Origin: Craspedostauros australis
Taxonomy: Eukaryota
Assembly: GCA_030167865.1 (NCBI GenBank)
Contig: JALAGF010004801.1
Location: forward strand, 1-64,000
DNA: 64,000 nucleotides
Direction: 5' to 3'
In this document: positions 8,785-20,600 of the stretch, piece by piece
Position numbering within the stretch: the first letter of the stretch is position 1
Layout: every line of letters starts with the position of its first letter
The notes under the pieces: model-generated
The model's database searches: none
Told to the model about the DNA's origin: nothing
What the model saw: the letters and a program-made list of their open reading frames with translations, nothing else
Position numbers and translations under genes: made by a program

Positions 8785-11700
8785 TTATCGAATGCAATCC
8801 GCAACCATCCGCGAGACGGTGGCATCGTCACTTCGCACGGCGATCTTGAGGATAACATTGGATGAGTTCTCCCCCTGCATGGCGACCTGTGCTCTGGCAA
8901 GCACCTGCTGCCCAGCGACGAAGACTCCGCTCATGTGCAGCATGTGAGGTTTGCCAGCCGAGTTAGGTTTGAGAGTCCCTGTGCCATCGCATGGCTGCAT
9001 ACCGAGATAGTTAATAACGGCGGCCACGGCATCCTCCAGTCGTCGGAACTGAAGCGCGAACTTCTCCAGCACTTCATTGGCATTGCCCACCGTCTCCCAG
9101 CTCTTGCGGAAGTCCGGAACGGTGACCTTGGCCATGAAGTCGGATGTGGAGATCTCCAGGTCCTCCAACGGGTATTCCTCCTCGAATGTGTCACCCTCCT
9201 CTTCTCCGGTGGCAGGGTCGACCTGAACCACGGTGAAACGAAGTTCGCACGTGAAGGTGTTTGGCTCGAGAGCTGCATCGGCGTTGCGTTCCAAAACAGT
9301 GAAGCAGTTCTTGGTTTCACCGTAACGGATGCCTTCAACGGCGATCTCTCCGGATGCTGAAAAGACCTGTGAATCGGAATCATCCACGAGCACTGTGACG
9401 TTGTCCAGTCGCTGCTCCTCGATTGTGTTTTGTACAGAGAACTGGAGCACGACGTGCTGTTGGAAGATATGTTTGGTACACTGCACGACGTATTCGGTTT
9501 CTGATTCCGTGAGGGGGACAGGTTGGGAGGATCGGAAGGCGCGGCCCAAGGAGGCAAGCTCGGGGATGGCGTAGATGACGGCAGCTGGATCGACGACTTC
9601 CTTCTTCTTGGGAGGAGCATCGAAGCCTGCGACCGGGTCCTCGTCCATCATGTCATCGCCACCAGAAGCCGCAACGAGGTCGGCTGCTGTGTCTTCGACG
9701 ATTGGCAATGTCTCCAAGGTGATCGGGTCGGCGCTCTCCATCGACATCGGGGTGGCCATGTATGCCTTGAGGCTGCGTTCGAGCTTGTCGAAGTTCATTG
9801 GCAGTGGCTCCAACAGGACGAAGGCGGCTTCGTCTCCTTCCACCGGACGATCGGCGGGCATATCCTCCGCCTCGGTATCCTCCGGTGGGACCACGTATGG
9901 ATTCTTCTCCATGGCATTCTCGAGGACGGAGACCGCGATGGTGGCACGGTCACGTGTCTCATCATCTTCGTCCATCAGACTGCGCTTGAGCAGCGTCATG
10001 ATGGAGGCACGGAGGGATGGGCACTGCGCGGCAAACTTGGCGAGTGCGGAAACGGCGGCGGCACGCACAGCGGAGTTCTCAAGGATAACGCGGTTGTAAA
10101 TGAAACGGATGTATCGCGCCGGTGCCGATGTTGAGGGTCCGCGCTCTCCGAGGAGATGCAAGATCTGGGTGGAGAGCATGGTGAATTCGCAATCCTCGAT
10201 GAACTCGCAGAGATGGAGGAGGGAGCTCTCGGTGGTCTCCGGGACGGTGTTGATCAAGGAGATGATGGAGTTAACGATGCTGCGCTTGAAGTCGAAGCCA
10301 CCCTCCTCGCGCAGGAAGTTGGAAAGGAATCCGACCAGAACGCGGTGCTTGGATGGGTAGGTGAGGCAGAGCTTTTGCAGACTGCGGACGACGGTGATCT
10401 TGTACTCGTCGGCGATCTCGGTGAGGAAGGCGGAGATCTGCTTGAGGAGACGGTCGATGGAGTTCTCGCTTCCCGTCTTGAGGAGGGTGGTGATCGCGAG
10501 AGTGGCGATGGAGCGGTTGGAATCTCCGATGAGGGCCTCCAGGTCTTCGTTGCACTTGGAGACGACGCGTGGGTGCGAGTTGGCGACCTGGGCCAGGGTG
10601 CGCATGGAGGAGAAGCGCACGGCCGGCTTGGGCGAGCTGAGGAAGAGCTGGAGCACGGAGACGGCCGGGCTGAGATCCTGCGGTTCGATGGTTGGGAGAT
10701 TGCAGATAGCACGAGCTGCCTCGTAGACGACCAGCTCGGACTTGTGTCGCAGACTGGCCTCGAGGAATTGGTACCCCTGCTTGGTGACGGCGGAACCATC
10801 AGCGATGGCACGTCCCTGGTTGCGACCGTCGGCATCCTCATCGTGGAGGAGCTTGGCGGTGTATCGCACGAGGAGGACCAAGGCCAACGGAGATCTCAAG
10901 GTGTTACGCGTGCTGAACTGCGACACGAGCTTGGAAACGCCGAGACGGTCATGCGACTTGATCTGGTAGAGAAGCTGCATGCCGTGGAACTGGACCATCT
11001 CGTTGGACGAGGTGGTGGCCTCCTGCGTTTCGCTGATCCATCGTCGGACGACGTTGGCGCATTCCTGAGACTGGAGGAAGAGGTGGGACGCGGAGACGAG
11101 GGCGGAGCTGGCGACCTGACCGGACGAATCGACGATGGCCTGCTTGACATAACGCTCGATGGCGCCAAGCATCGCAGCATCCACGATTCGGACCAGAACA
11201 CGCAGGGCATTTCCACGGTACAGGTCGACATCGCAGGTCATGTCCTTGGTCAAGCAGGAAGTGACGATGATGACATCGTCCGGGTTGCACGTCTCCGCGA
11301 CGTCCTTGATGAAGAGGTAGACCATACGACGCAGGGACGCATCGTCGCTCATGAAGAGTTTGGTGACTCCGAAAAACACCTCGGTTGCCTCCACTCCGGA
11401 CAAGTACTGTCCAGTGTTCTGCAGGTGCAGCAGCTGTGCAATGACAGTGCAGCATTTTCGTGGATCCTCGCGAACTGCGTTTGGGTCATGGAAGATTCTG
11501 TGGGTTAGCGGGTGAAGTGGTTTGGTGCATATGGTGCACATATGGCGCACATGATGATTCGAGGTAATGAAGAGCGAGCGGATTCCCGAATGATGGGCAG
11601 GGAGATATGACCGTAAGAATGATTGGGGTGGTAGGCAATGATGGTCATTTTCATAGAGTATTGATGATGATGATGATGGTGGTGTTCGTATGGTATATGA

Positions 11701-12375
11701 TGGGAAGCATACCAAAGCTCAATCCAACCACAGCGATGGCCAAGTGGATAGAGATGGGATTATTGAACCAACGTGTGTTGGCACAACCGTCGTCAACGAG
11801 GAGTCATTGCGCATTGTGTTGAAAAGCAGACATTGTGTAGAAAGGGATACGGTGAGACGCGGTGTGTATTTGTGCGTGGGCGGGTTGGTGGCAGTTCCTC
11901 TGAGTTGGATCCGGTCGCCTCATGGGCACAGCAATCGCAATGTACCAACATTGCAAGAGGAGGAGAAAGCTGCTCGTCTATCATCTATTGTATCATCTCC
12001 TCCGCTTGACTCAAGTCTACTCTGCAATCATTTACTCCTTGCGTTGGATGACACGAGCGCAGACCTGAAAAAGCCAAAAAAGGACACACACGCCAACAGC
12101 GGGCAGGAATGAATCCTTTTGTGCCCTGCGCAATGATCCGCACAAACACGCTGCACAGCATTGCACTCCGGCGCTCTGCGCTGCAAAGTCGCGCAACGGC
12201 AATGGCGATGCTGATTGACATACCTGGCTTCCTGCAACACGGCAGCCTTCTCGAGGTGGGCGTAGGGCGAGATGTACTGCTCGTCCTCCTCGACCTTGAA
12301 CTTGTCCGCCATCTCCTGCACTTCGCGCAGCATGGATCCCATGCTGATGGATCCGTCCATTGGTTGATCACCCAT
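8785..12375 (-). CDS. COPG: Coatomer subunit gamma; exons 12375-12224, 11497-8785
   Basis: Splicing AG|GTATGT ... gctaacccacag|A restores SPYAHLEKAAVLQEARIFHD; LRRMVYLFIK, IIVTSCLTKDM, FLREEGGFDFK, LTESETEYVV, EEYPLEDLE. Confidence 0.96.
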
Positions 12376-13029
12376 CGTTGCTGTTTTTGTTGCTTGCTGT
12401 TAGCTATCTGCGGGACTCTGGATGCTTGTGATGCTGTGCGAGTAGGCTGATGTTCGTGCCTTTCTTGTTGATGATGGAGACGTGGGCTCTGCAATTCCTC
12501 CTGTGTTGTTGTTGGCTGTCGGGTGTTGCGGCTGCCGTTGGCTTGGTGTGTTGTGGCCTTCTCTCTGTTGGCTACCTCGCCATGTCTCCTTGCTGCAGCC
12601 GTCGTTACGGTTCTGCGCAGCGCCAAAATGTCTCTTGGTCATGTCCATGGTTGCAGCCTCCTTGCTGCTGTGTTTTGGCTGTCGTTGTTGTCGTGTGCCT
12701 TGCGCGTTGTGGCTGGATTTTCATCGGCGGATGACCCACTTGTCGACTCGTGCGATCATAGTGGACGCTTCGCGAGTCATCTGACCCAACTCGAATCTCT
12801 CCGAATTGTCTTCGAACGACTCGACTATCACAACACACGACTTGGTCCAATTTGAGTCATGACCAGTTCGAAGCAAAGACGAAAGCGCGCGACAAGAAAC
12901 GAAAACGACACGGCAAGCACACACACACGCACACCATCGCATCAATCCAACCCTTGTGACGACGAGTGTGATGTCTCCTCAATCTTCACACTTCTGCATC
13001 TAATCTGTTCCACTCCATCGTCCACTGCC

Positions 13030-13713
13030 ATGGCCATCACCGTTATCCATCGCTTCAATCATATTCTGGTGCCCATACTCGGCTTGCTCTCTTTCCTGTC
13101 CATTCATCTATCAAGCCACTGCTGCCACTGCCAAGCATTCTCCATGTCCACTCCATCCACTCCATCCACCACCACGCAATCTTTGTCTTCGACAGATAAC
13201 GACGACAGCATGCGATTCGGCAAGTTCCTCATCGATTCCACCAGCATCTTTTACAAATCCTCCCTCTCCGCGGCCTTCGTCAACCTGCGACCCATCGTGC
13301 CTGGCCATGTCCTCGTCATGCCGCACCGCGTCGTGGCGACGATGGAGGAATTGACGCAGGACGAGTACACCGATCTCTGGATCTCGGCACGCAAGGTCCA
13401 ATCCGTCCTGAAGCACCAGTATCAGGCATCAGCATTCAACGTCGCCGTGCAGGATGGCCGCGCGGCAGGTCAGTCCGTGCCTCACGTACACGTGCACATC
13501 TTGCCGCGGCAAGCGGGTGACTTCGAACGCAACGACGATGTTTACGATGCCTTGGAGCGCTGGGCGCCGCGGGAGGAATTGAAGCAGGCGCCGTCCAATC
13601 TGGAGGTGCCCGATGATGCCGATCGCAAGGACAGGACGCAGCAAATGATGGCCGCCGAAGCTGCCATGTATCGGCGGTTGTTTGAGCAGCAGCAGGAGGA
13701 GGAACACGAGTAG
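13030..13713 (+). CDS. FHIT: Fhit-type HIT hydrolase (dinucleoside triphosphatase-like) with N-terminal presequence
   Basis: FVNLRPIVPGHVLV, QDGRAAGQSVPHVHVHILPR, GDFERNDDVY; hydrophobic leader ending CQAFSM. Confidence 0.88.
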   Translation: MAITVIHRFNHILVPILGLLSFLSIHLSSHCCHCQAFSMSTPSTPSTTTQSLSSTDNDDSMRFGKFLIDSTSIFYKSSLSAAFVNLRPIVPGHVLVMPHRVVATMEELTQDEYTDLWISARKVQSVLKHQYQASAFNVAVQDGRAAGQSVPHVHVHILPRQAGDFERNDDVYDALERWAPREELKQAPSNLEVPDDADRKDRTQQMMAAEAAMYRRLFEQQQEEEHE

Positions 13714-14333
13714 GAGCAACAAGAGCAGCAGGAGAGTTCTGAGTTGTAGACCTGGGGGCCTGTTCCATACTCGCGCACTGAGTATCGCCATGGGAAACAA
13801 TGCACGCAGAGTGCCACACTCTGTCACCTGAAGGAAGCTCAAGTTGCAGCCCGATTTGTTTTGGACTTTGAGAGTGGTCAATCAAGATCAAGTAGAGCAT
13901 GAAACAAGTTGGGCGTGTTGCTTTACTCACATAAAGACAGGAGATGATGCCGAGTGGTGGCATCCGCATGGTAGCTGTCCTGCTTGCGATGGTGAGCGCC
14001 GTGAATGTCGGTGCGGACAAGAAGCCCTTGTCCAGCATTTCTGACACTCCTGCACCCGCATTTCAAATCGGATTCCTCTGCCCTGATGCATTTACATTTG
14101 TACTATTTATATTATCCTAGAGTAATCATGGCATGATCTGGAACACTCTTCTTTGCGTCATCTGATTGTTCGCTTCGGAGTATAGAGCTATGTATGTGTC
14201 TGTGGATCGTGCCTGGCAATCGCCTGCGTCGGATGCTGCTGCTCCCACGCCCGTGCTCTATCGCTCCACCATGTTCCTCTGCACTTTCCTCGTACCTTCT
14301 CAGGAGTCATGCCTCCGCTCTCCATACTTTCGT

Positions 14334-15824
14334 TCACGGCAACAACTCTTTGTAGTGGGAATGATCCCGGTTGGGGATGGATGCCACCTCAAAATGGCCG
14401 AGGATGTGATACTCGATCGCCAAGCCTCTGTGGACCTTGCAGCATGCCCCGCCTTCTCTGGTCAACCCCACCTCCTGGTCCTGTGACAATCGCAGCAGGC
14501 TTTTCTGCGGCTCGCGCGTCTTGGCTTCCTGCATCTTCTTCTCCAGCTTCTGCGACTCACCGCGCATCTCCATCAGCCGCTTCGTGCGTCGGATCTTGTC
14601 CCAGTTGTAAAATGGGGCGTCGTCGCTGGACTGTTCGCGCTCCAGCTTCTCGTAGTCGATGCCCAGCTGGTGCTGCTTCTTCGTGATCTGATCCTTGACG
14701 CTGCACTGTGGCGACGTCGCGAAGCCTGATCCGTCGTTGATGTCATGCTTGTGTGGGAAGTATCCGCATGTGAAGAATACTCTGCCCTCCGGACAGTACA
14801 CGTCCGAACCGGTGTGATGGGTCTCCTGATTGACGTCGAAGTAGAAGCGCAGGAGGTCTGTGCCGTACGGTCCTTCACCTGGAGCGATCCTCCAGCCACC
14901 GTCGCTCACATCGATCGTCAAGCTGCCCTCATTCATGCTTGGGGCGGAGTTGAGGCAATGGTTCACCACCTTGAGAGTCTTGGAGCCCTTGCTGCCGTTC
15001 AGAAAGTCCTCCCATTCCATCAGTGGATTGTCCGAAAACTCAATTTCGAGGAACAGGCGAAGGCGCTCTCCGGATGCTCCCCACGTCTTGGGCATCCAGG
15101 TACCCTGCTCGCGTCCAACGTCCAACGACAGACGCCAGCGGGTGTTGTCCAACCGTGTGAGCCGTTCTGCCTTGGCATCCAACTTGGTCATAGTCTTGGT
15201 CTTGCCTACTGGCGCGTGGCCCAACGGTGTGGTTTTGTCCAGCATATCCACGATGTTTTGTGCGGTCTTATCGTTCGTGTTCGTCTTGGTGGTGATTCTT
15301 GTCTTCGATGCCGCTTTTGGTGCAGCTTTTGATGACGGCTTGGCCTTGTTCTTTGAAGACGAATCCAACGAGGCCCACGATGCCCTCATGTCTTCCAATT
15401 GGCTTTCCGCCGATCGAGGAGCCTTGATTCTGTCGATGATCTCCTCATCTTCGTGCAGATGGAGTTCGTGCACCTGGTCGCTGAGAGCTTCCAATCGCTC
15501 TACTGCCTCCTTTCTCATAGCTGCGATATCGCGTTTGATGTCTTCTGCGTTGTCGTGGCTGTTGTTGCCATCATGTTCGGGATCGTCGGGCGATGATGAT
15601 GACGACGACGACGATGATGAAGGTGGTTTCATGGTGGAAGAGAACAGCGCCGTTTGCGTTCGCATGCCTTGCCTATCTGCGCTGATAGCAGCGCGATGAG
15701 AAGGAGCGGAGAATGCAGCCACAGAGACGGGCGCAATCAGCGACGGTCCGATTCCCATGCTCACGCACATCCCGAGTCCACCAAGGACGGCGGTGACCGT
15801 GCTGGCAGCGGTGGTTAGCTTCAT
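14334..15824 (-). CDS. Predicted plastid-targeted protein of unknown function (496 aa)
   Basis: Signal peptide plus VAAFSAP (ASAFAP-like) and S-rich transit peptide; globular C-terminal domain (WRLSLDVGREQGTWMPKTWGASG). Confidence 0.8.
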   Translation of the reverse strand: MKLTTAASTVTAVLGGLGMCVSMGIGPSLIAPVSVAAFSAPSHRAAISADRQGMRTQTALFSSTMKPPSSSSSSSSSSPDDPEHDGNNSHDNAEDIKRDIAAMRKEAVERLEALSDQVHELHLHEDEEIIDRIKAPRSAESQLEDMRASWASLDSSSKNKAKPSSKAAPKAASKTRITTKTNTNDKTAQNIVDMLDKTTPLGHAPVGKTKTMTKLDAKAERLTRLDNTRWRLSLDVGREQGTWMPKTWGASGERLRLFLEIEFSDNPLMEWEDFLNGSKGSKTLKVVNHCLNSAPSMNEGSLTIDVSDGGWRIAPGEGPYGTDLLRFYFDVNQETHHTGSDVYCPEGRVFFTCGYFPHKHDINDGSGFATSPQCSVKDQITKKQHQLGIDYEKLEREQSSDDAPFYNWDKIRRTKRLMEMRGESQKLEKKMQEAKTREPQKSLLRLSQDQEVGLTREGGACCKVHRGLAIEYHILGHFEVASIPNRDHSHYKELLP

Positions 15825-16799
15825 GTTGATCGATGCGCGGAGAGAGAAGTTGTGGAGTTTTGCGTGTTGCTGTTTGCTCGCACGTCTTTGATGTTGTTGA
15901 TGTGCTTGACAGGAGCGAGTTTATGATTCTTGGGGCGAATTGGTTGCAGGTGTGCCACAGTTTGTGTTGCTGCCAAGATTCCCTTCACTTCCTTCGCTCT
16001 CGAGGCTCGTTGACGTTGTTGTCTTCCTCTTCCTTCTGCTCTGTGTCCTCGTACATACGACTGCTGGCACGAGAAGTCGTCATGCGACCTCGTCTGATGT
16101 CGTTGATGTTGATGTTGCGTTCCGTTTCTTCTCGTTCCGCCTTTGTTCCCTCGCCTTCTGTCTGGACAGGCGTCGTGTTCCCTTTTCGCCCTCCTCCCTT
16201 CTGATTGGTGTTCGTTTGATGCCTGATGGCTCGCAATGCACGTGTTCGCGTTTTTTCTTTCTCGATACACGGTTCCCATCTGTCGAATCGTCTTCGAACC
16301 GTGACATTTGGACATCGCAGATGGGCACTAGCGACTCATTTGACTACATTAAACAGTCACAATCCAGTTTCAAAATCAAAGGTTACGGTAAAATACAATA
16401 AAACCATATATTTATGTTGCTGTCAGCAATGACAATGGCGATCTCGTCAACGACGACCGCAACTTCTTTTGATGCACCGTCGTTGGTTTGCTGCCTCCAT
16501 TCAACATCGCACCATCGAAGAGATGCAATGACGTCGACAGCATCCTTGGGACAGAGCATTGATTGACAAGGTTCACGCGTCTGGAGGTTGGATAATCTAT
16601 TATAAATGCCTCTACTCCATTGCTTATTTGCAACAGGAAGAGGGACAAAATTTGGAAGTGAGAGTGTGGAGACTTGTGCTACTCCAGAGCAGTTGCGCAC
16701 CGACTGACATCGTCACGTCAGCCACAGGTGCTCCAGTCACTGACTTCGCACACAGAAGAGAGGAATAAAGAGATAGAGAGAGAGAGAAAGAAAATCGAG

Positions 16800-17225
16800 A
16801 TGGCATCGAGAAAACGACAGAGCGACACGACCGTGACCACGGGCAGCTCCAGCGGCTTGGTGGCTACATCGAAGGAAATTCCGGCCAGACCGCAACCCAA
16901 GACCAAGCTGAGGGTTCGGATCAAGCGATACCACGCTGTGGCCAAATGGACCTGGAATGCAGGTTCCGATGACGAGGTGTGCGGTATCTGCCAATCGGCC
17001 TACGAGGGGGTGGCGCCGGGCGTCAAGTATCCCGGTGATGAATGCCCAGTGGTGTTTGGCAAGTGTGGCCATGCGTGTCACTTGCAGTGCATCACGACGT
17101 GGTTGAATCAGAAGGACACCTGTCCCTTCTGTCGGCAGACATGGGAATTTGGACAGACGATGTCACCCACCAATGCATCGGCAAGTGATGGTGGCGAGGG
17201 TGCGGAACAGCAGGCTGGTTCATAG
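16800..17225 (+). CDS. ANAPC11: Anaphase-promoting complex subunit 11 (RING-H2)
   Basis: VRIKRYHAVAKWTW, CGIC..., PGDECPVVFGKCGHACHLQCI..W...CPFCRQTW; ATG at 16800. Confidence 0.9.
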   Translation: MASRKRQSDTTVTTGSSSGLVATSKEIPARPQPKTKLRVRIKRYHAVAKWTWNAGSDDEVCGICQSAYEGVAPGVKYPGDECPVVFGKCGHACHLQCITTWLNQKDTCPFCRQTWEFGQTMSPTNASASDGGEGAEQQAGS

Positions 17226-17682
17226 AGAAGTGGGTGGCTCACATACAAGTACGGTTGGGAAGAGTGCCATGCCAGATATAGGCAGACCATATGACAGAAC
17301 ACCGAACACAAAATGTAGCTTCGTGCGCATCAGCAAGCAAATAAGCGGGCAGGACACACACGCTCTGGAGACATTCGGAGCGCCATAGGCACCATGCAAT
17401 GCTCGCTCTAGCATGTACGGATAAAAATTGGAACCAATTTTTCGAAAAGAGCATCGAGGCACGTTCGCACGTCCGCTTGGTGTTCACAATTACTATCAGA
17501 CAATGCCCGACGATCAGCGTTACTATTTATTCGCGAGATCAGCACTCGTATTCGTGTCCGTTCTTGTTCACACGGTAGAATGAGGGTACGGATGAGATGT
17601 ACAATCGTATGTACCATAGCTCGTACTCGTTCCACATGTTCCAATGCTTGACGAATGTTCCCTGGAAATACCCTGATCTGCT

Positions 17683-20600
17683 TTACTTGCTGAGCAGCGG
17701 ATGCCATCCAGCCCAACCCTCCGGTGCCTCGCCGCCCTTCGACTTCATGAAGTTGATGAGGTACAGGCAGGGCCCGTCGGCTGTTTCGGAACGAATATCC
17801 TCGTCTTCATCGTTGCGTCCATCGTCCATGTCGTCGCCTTCCATGGCGTCCTCCACCATGATCTCGTTGGCTTCCTCCAGCTTCTTGATAGCGAGCTTCC
17901 AGTCCCCGTCGTAGTAGGCCTTCAGCCCCACGCTGTACTCGTTAATGAAGTCATCCGTCACGTGGTTCCTCATCGCCGTGAGGTCCTGGTCCATGTGCCA
18001 CATGCTCGGCACGTACCGATCGGCCTCCATATCTGCCTGCTCATCCTGCCGACTGAGCAAGAAGAAGTTGGCACCCTTGTGTCTGGCATCGTAGGTGAAG
18101 ATCTTCTGCACCCTGGTGCTGCCCTTCACCGTCACACGGTCTAGGTTCCGCAGCTTCGATTTTGCAACATCCGACATGAGCTCCTGCACCGCCTCGCTGA
18201 GCAAGATCGTCACACCGTAGTGCTTGCAGGCGCTCATCATCCGCGAGGCCATGTTGACGTGGGGTGACAGGTAGGTGGCATCGATCTTGTACTCGCTGCC
18301 CACCGCTCCCTCCACGGCCCAACCGGCGTCCATGCCGAACACCATGTTCACCGCGTACGTTCCCACGCCAGCGCTAAGCCGGAAGTCCTGGCTCCACTGG
18401 CGCAGCTTCTCGTCACGATGGATGCCCGCGAAGGATTTCAGCATGCCGATCACTGCTCTGTCCGTGAATGTCGAAATACCTGGCAGGGACTGCAGCGACA
18501 GTTGCATGGCCTCTGTCAGCGTGTCATTCTTCGCATTGTTTTTGGTGCTACGCCGAGTTTTCTTGTTGGCGCCGAACGGTCGGAAGCTGCCGGAGATGTT
18601 GTGCGACGATCTTCCGCCGTTCAACGATGCGTGGTGGCTTCGATCCAACGCCTTGCTGCGATTTCGCTTGCTCGTCTTCTTGTTCCCTGCCGTGGAGAAC
18701 ACCACGTTGGTGGCCTCCTCAAGCTTCTGAATGACCTCCTTCACCAATCCGATACGGAACACCATCAGGAAGGCACCTCCGAGGTTCTTGTTGCACTGGC
18801 CAGAGTCGCCGAATCCCCAACGGAACACCTCGTCGTGCAACACGGCGGCGACGTCATTGATCAGACTCATGACGTGCCCGCCAAGACATTTCTGCGCGTG
18901 GTCGAACTCTTCAATCGCCGCGAAGGCAAACAGAGCATAAACCGACCTCCCTGGCACCGTGGGATTGAATACTTCAGTAAACGCACCCGCGCGCGTTGCC
19001 AGGTTAGTCGAGATGATGTCAGCACCTGCCACACCCCAGCACTTGCGTAGCAAGTCCGTGATTTTCGATACTGCTGAAATCAACTGCTCTGTCTCGTAGT
19101 TGCTGAATTGCAGACCTTCCGAGTTGTCACCGTCGCCAGATAGAGAGTCGTCGACATCGGAATCGCTGTTCTCAGTGCCAGCTGATCCCCGTCGCCTGTA
19201 CGAGTCAGCGGATGTCAGCGGGTTCTTCGCGTACCTGGCGACGATGCGCAGCATACTTCGCAGAGGGTTCAGCACCAGCGTCTCGGCGTCTGACCTCAAC
19301 ACCGTCAGTCCACCCAGCACGAGAATCAGCAGGAACATCTGCAGCAGGAATGACAACAGCGCTCTAATGTCCCAGAGAAACGAGTCGGAAATGGAGGAAT
19401 AATGCAGATGTGTTTGTGTTTGTTGTTGTTGCCAATGAAAAGAGAGAATGCAAGGTGAAGGTAAAGGCAACGGAATGTGAGCGAGCGAATCTTGGCTGTG
19501 CATGGAGACGTTGTGACAAGCTGGAGACGGTACATCACACTCCGCCACATCATGCCACAACCAGACAGGCCGACAGACAGACAGAACTTACGAGGATTCG
19601 ATGGCGTAGGTCTGATTGAAGTTGGCCGAAACCGCGTACACGACGTCTTCGGTTGAGTTATCCCTGGACGTCAAGGCAGCGTTCAAGGACCCGGACTGCA
19701 CCGATTCGATGGCACCAATTCGCAAATCCAAAGAGTTGGCCTTTTGTTGCAGATCGGATCCGACAGCAGGCAACGAAATGAACATGCAGCTGCCCGTCTC
19801 GGCTTTTATCCGATCCGATGGCAGCAGCTTCATGCAGTCCTTGCTGGGGGAGACGTCGTATTGGTCCGTCAACGTGGTCGAGTTGGCGATTGCATTGACG
19901 CATCGGCTTGGTTGAATTGCCAACGAGAAAAGGAAGTTATGCGTGTTGGAGGACATCAGGAACTGATCGCGTGCTTGGAAGCTCTCCACCCATGACTCGA
20001 TGGATTCGACGAGGAACCTGCAGCCATCGTCCTCCTCAACCGTGACCAGAACGTTCGTTTCCTGCAGCTGCTTCACCATCTTCGTGGTCGCATCGTTCGA
20101 TGCTCCGTCGAGGTAGATGGTGGTTAGCATGGGAAACAATCCAATCACGGCACAGACGATCATCAGCGCTCTGTACGAATTCGTGACCATGAGGGCGGTT
20201 CCAATGTTCGAGGCGTTGACGAGACCATGATCGCGTTGCTTCTGCATGAGGGCGTTGCGTTCCTCGCGCTGCTTCAAGGTGTGCTCGTCCGCGTAGTCGC
20301 CGTGCACTTCCGTGCTGGCATCATGCGACTGGTCTGACATGAAAGCTTGCTGCGTCTTGCCATCGAACATCTCCAGATTCCGCTGCACAAAGCGGGTGTT
20401 GATCCACATGTTCTTCCAGTGCCGCACGAGGCCGAAGACTCGCAACCGGAGGCAGGCGAAGAATGCGCGACCTCCGAGCGTCTTCTCCCACGAGGGGCTG
20501 ATGATGGTGATGAGCGCCGCGTTGAAGAATGAGAATTTCTCCTTGGAATCGCACGTCGAGTTGTTGAATATGCAGAGGAATTCGGGTACGAAGAATCCGA

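Noticed and set aside
10156-11508. 450-aa plus-strand ORF
   Set aside because: Antisense shadow of codon-biased COPG.
11498-11715. N-terminal extension of the 976-aa ORF
   Set aside because: Intron sequence; the real first exon is 12375-12224.
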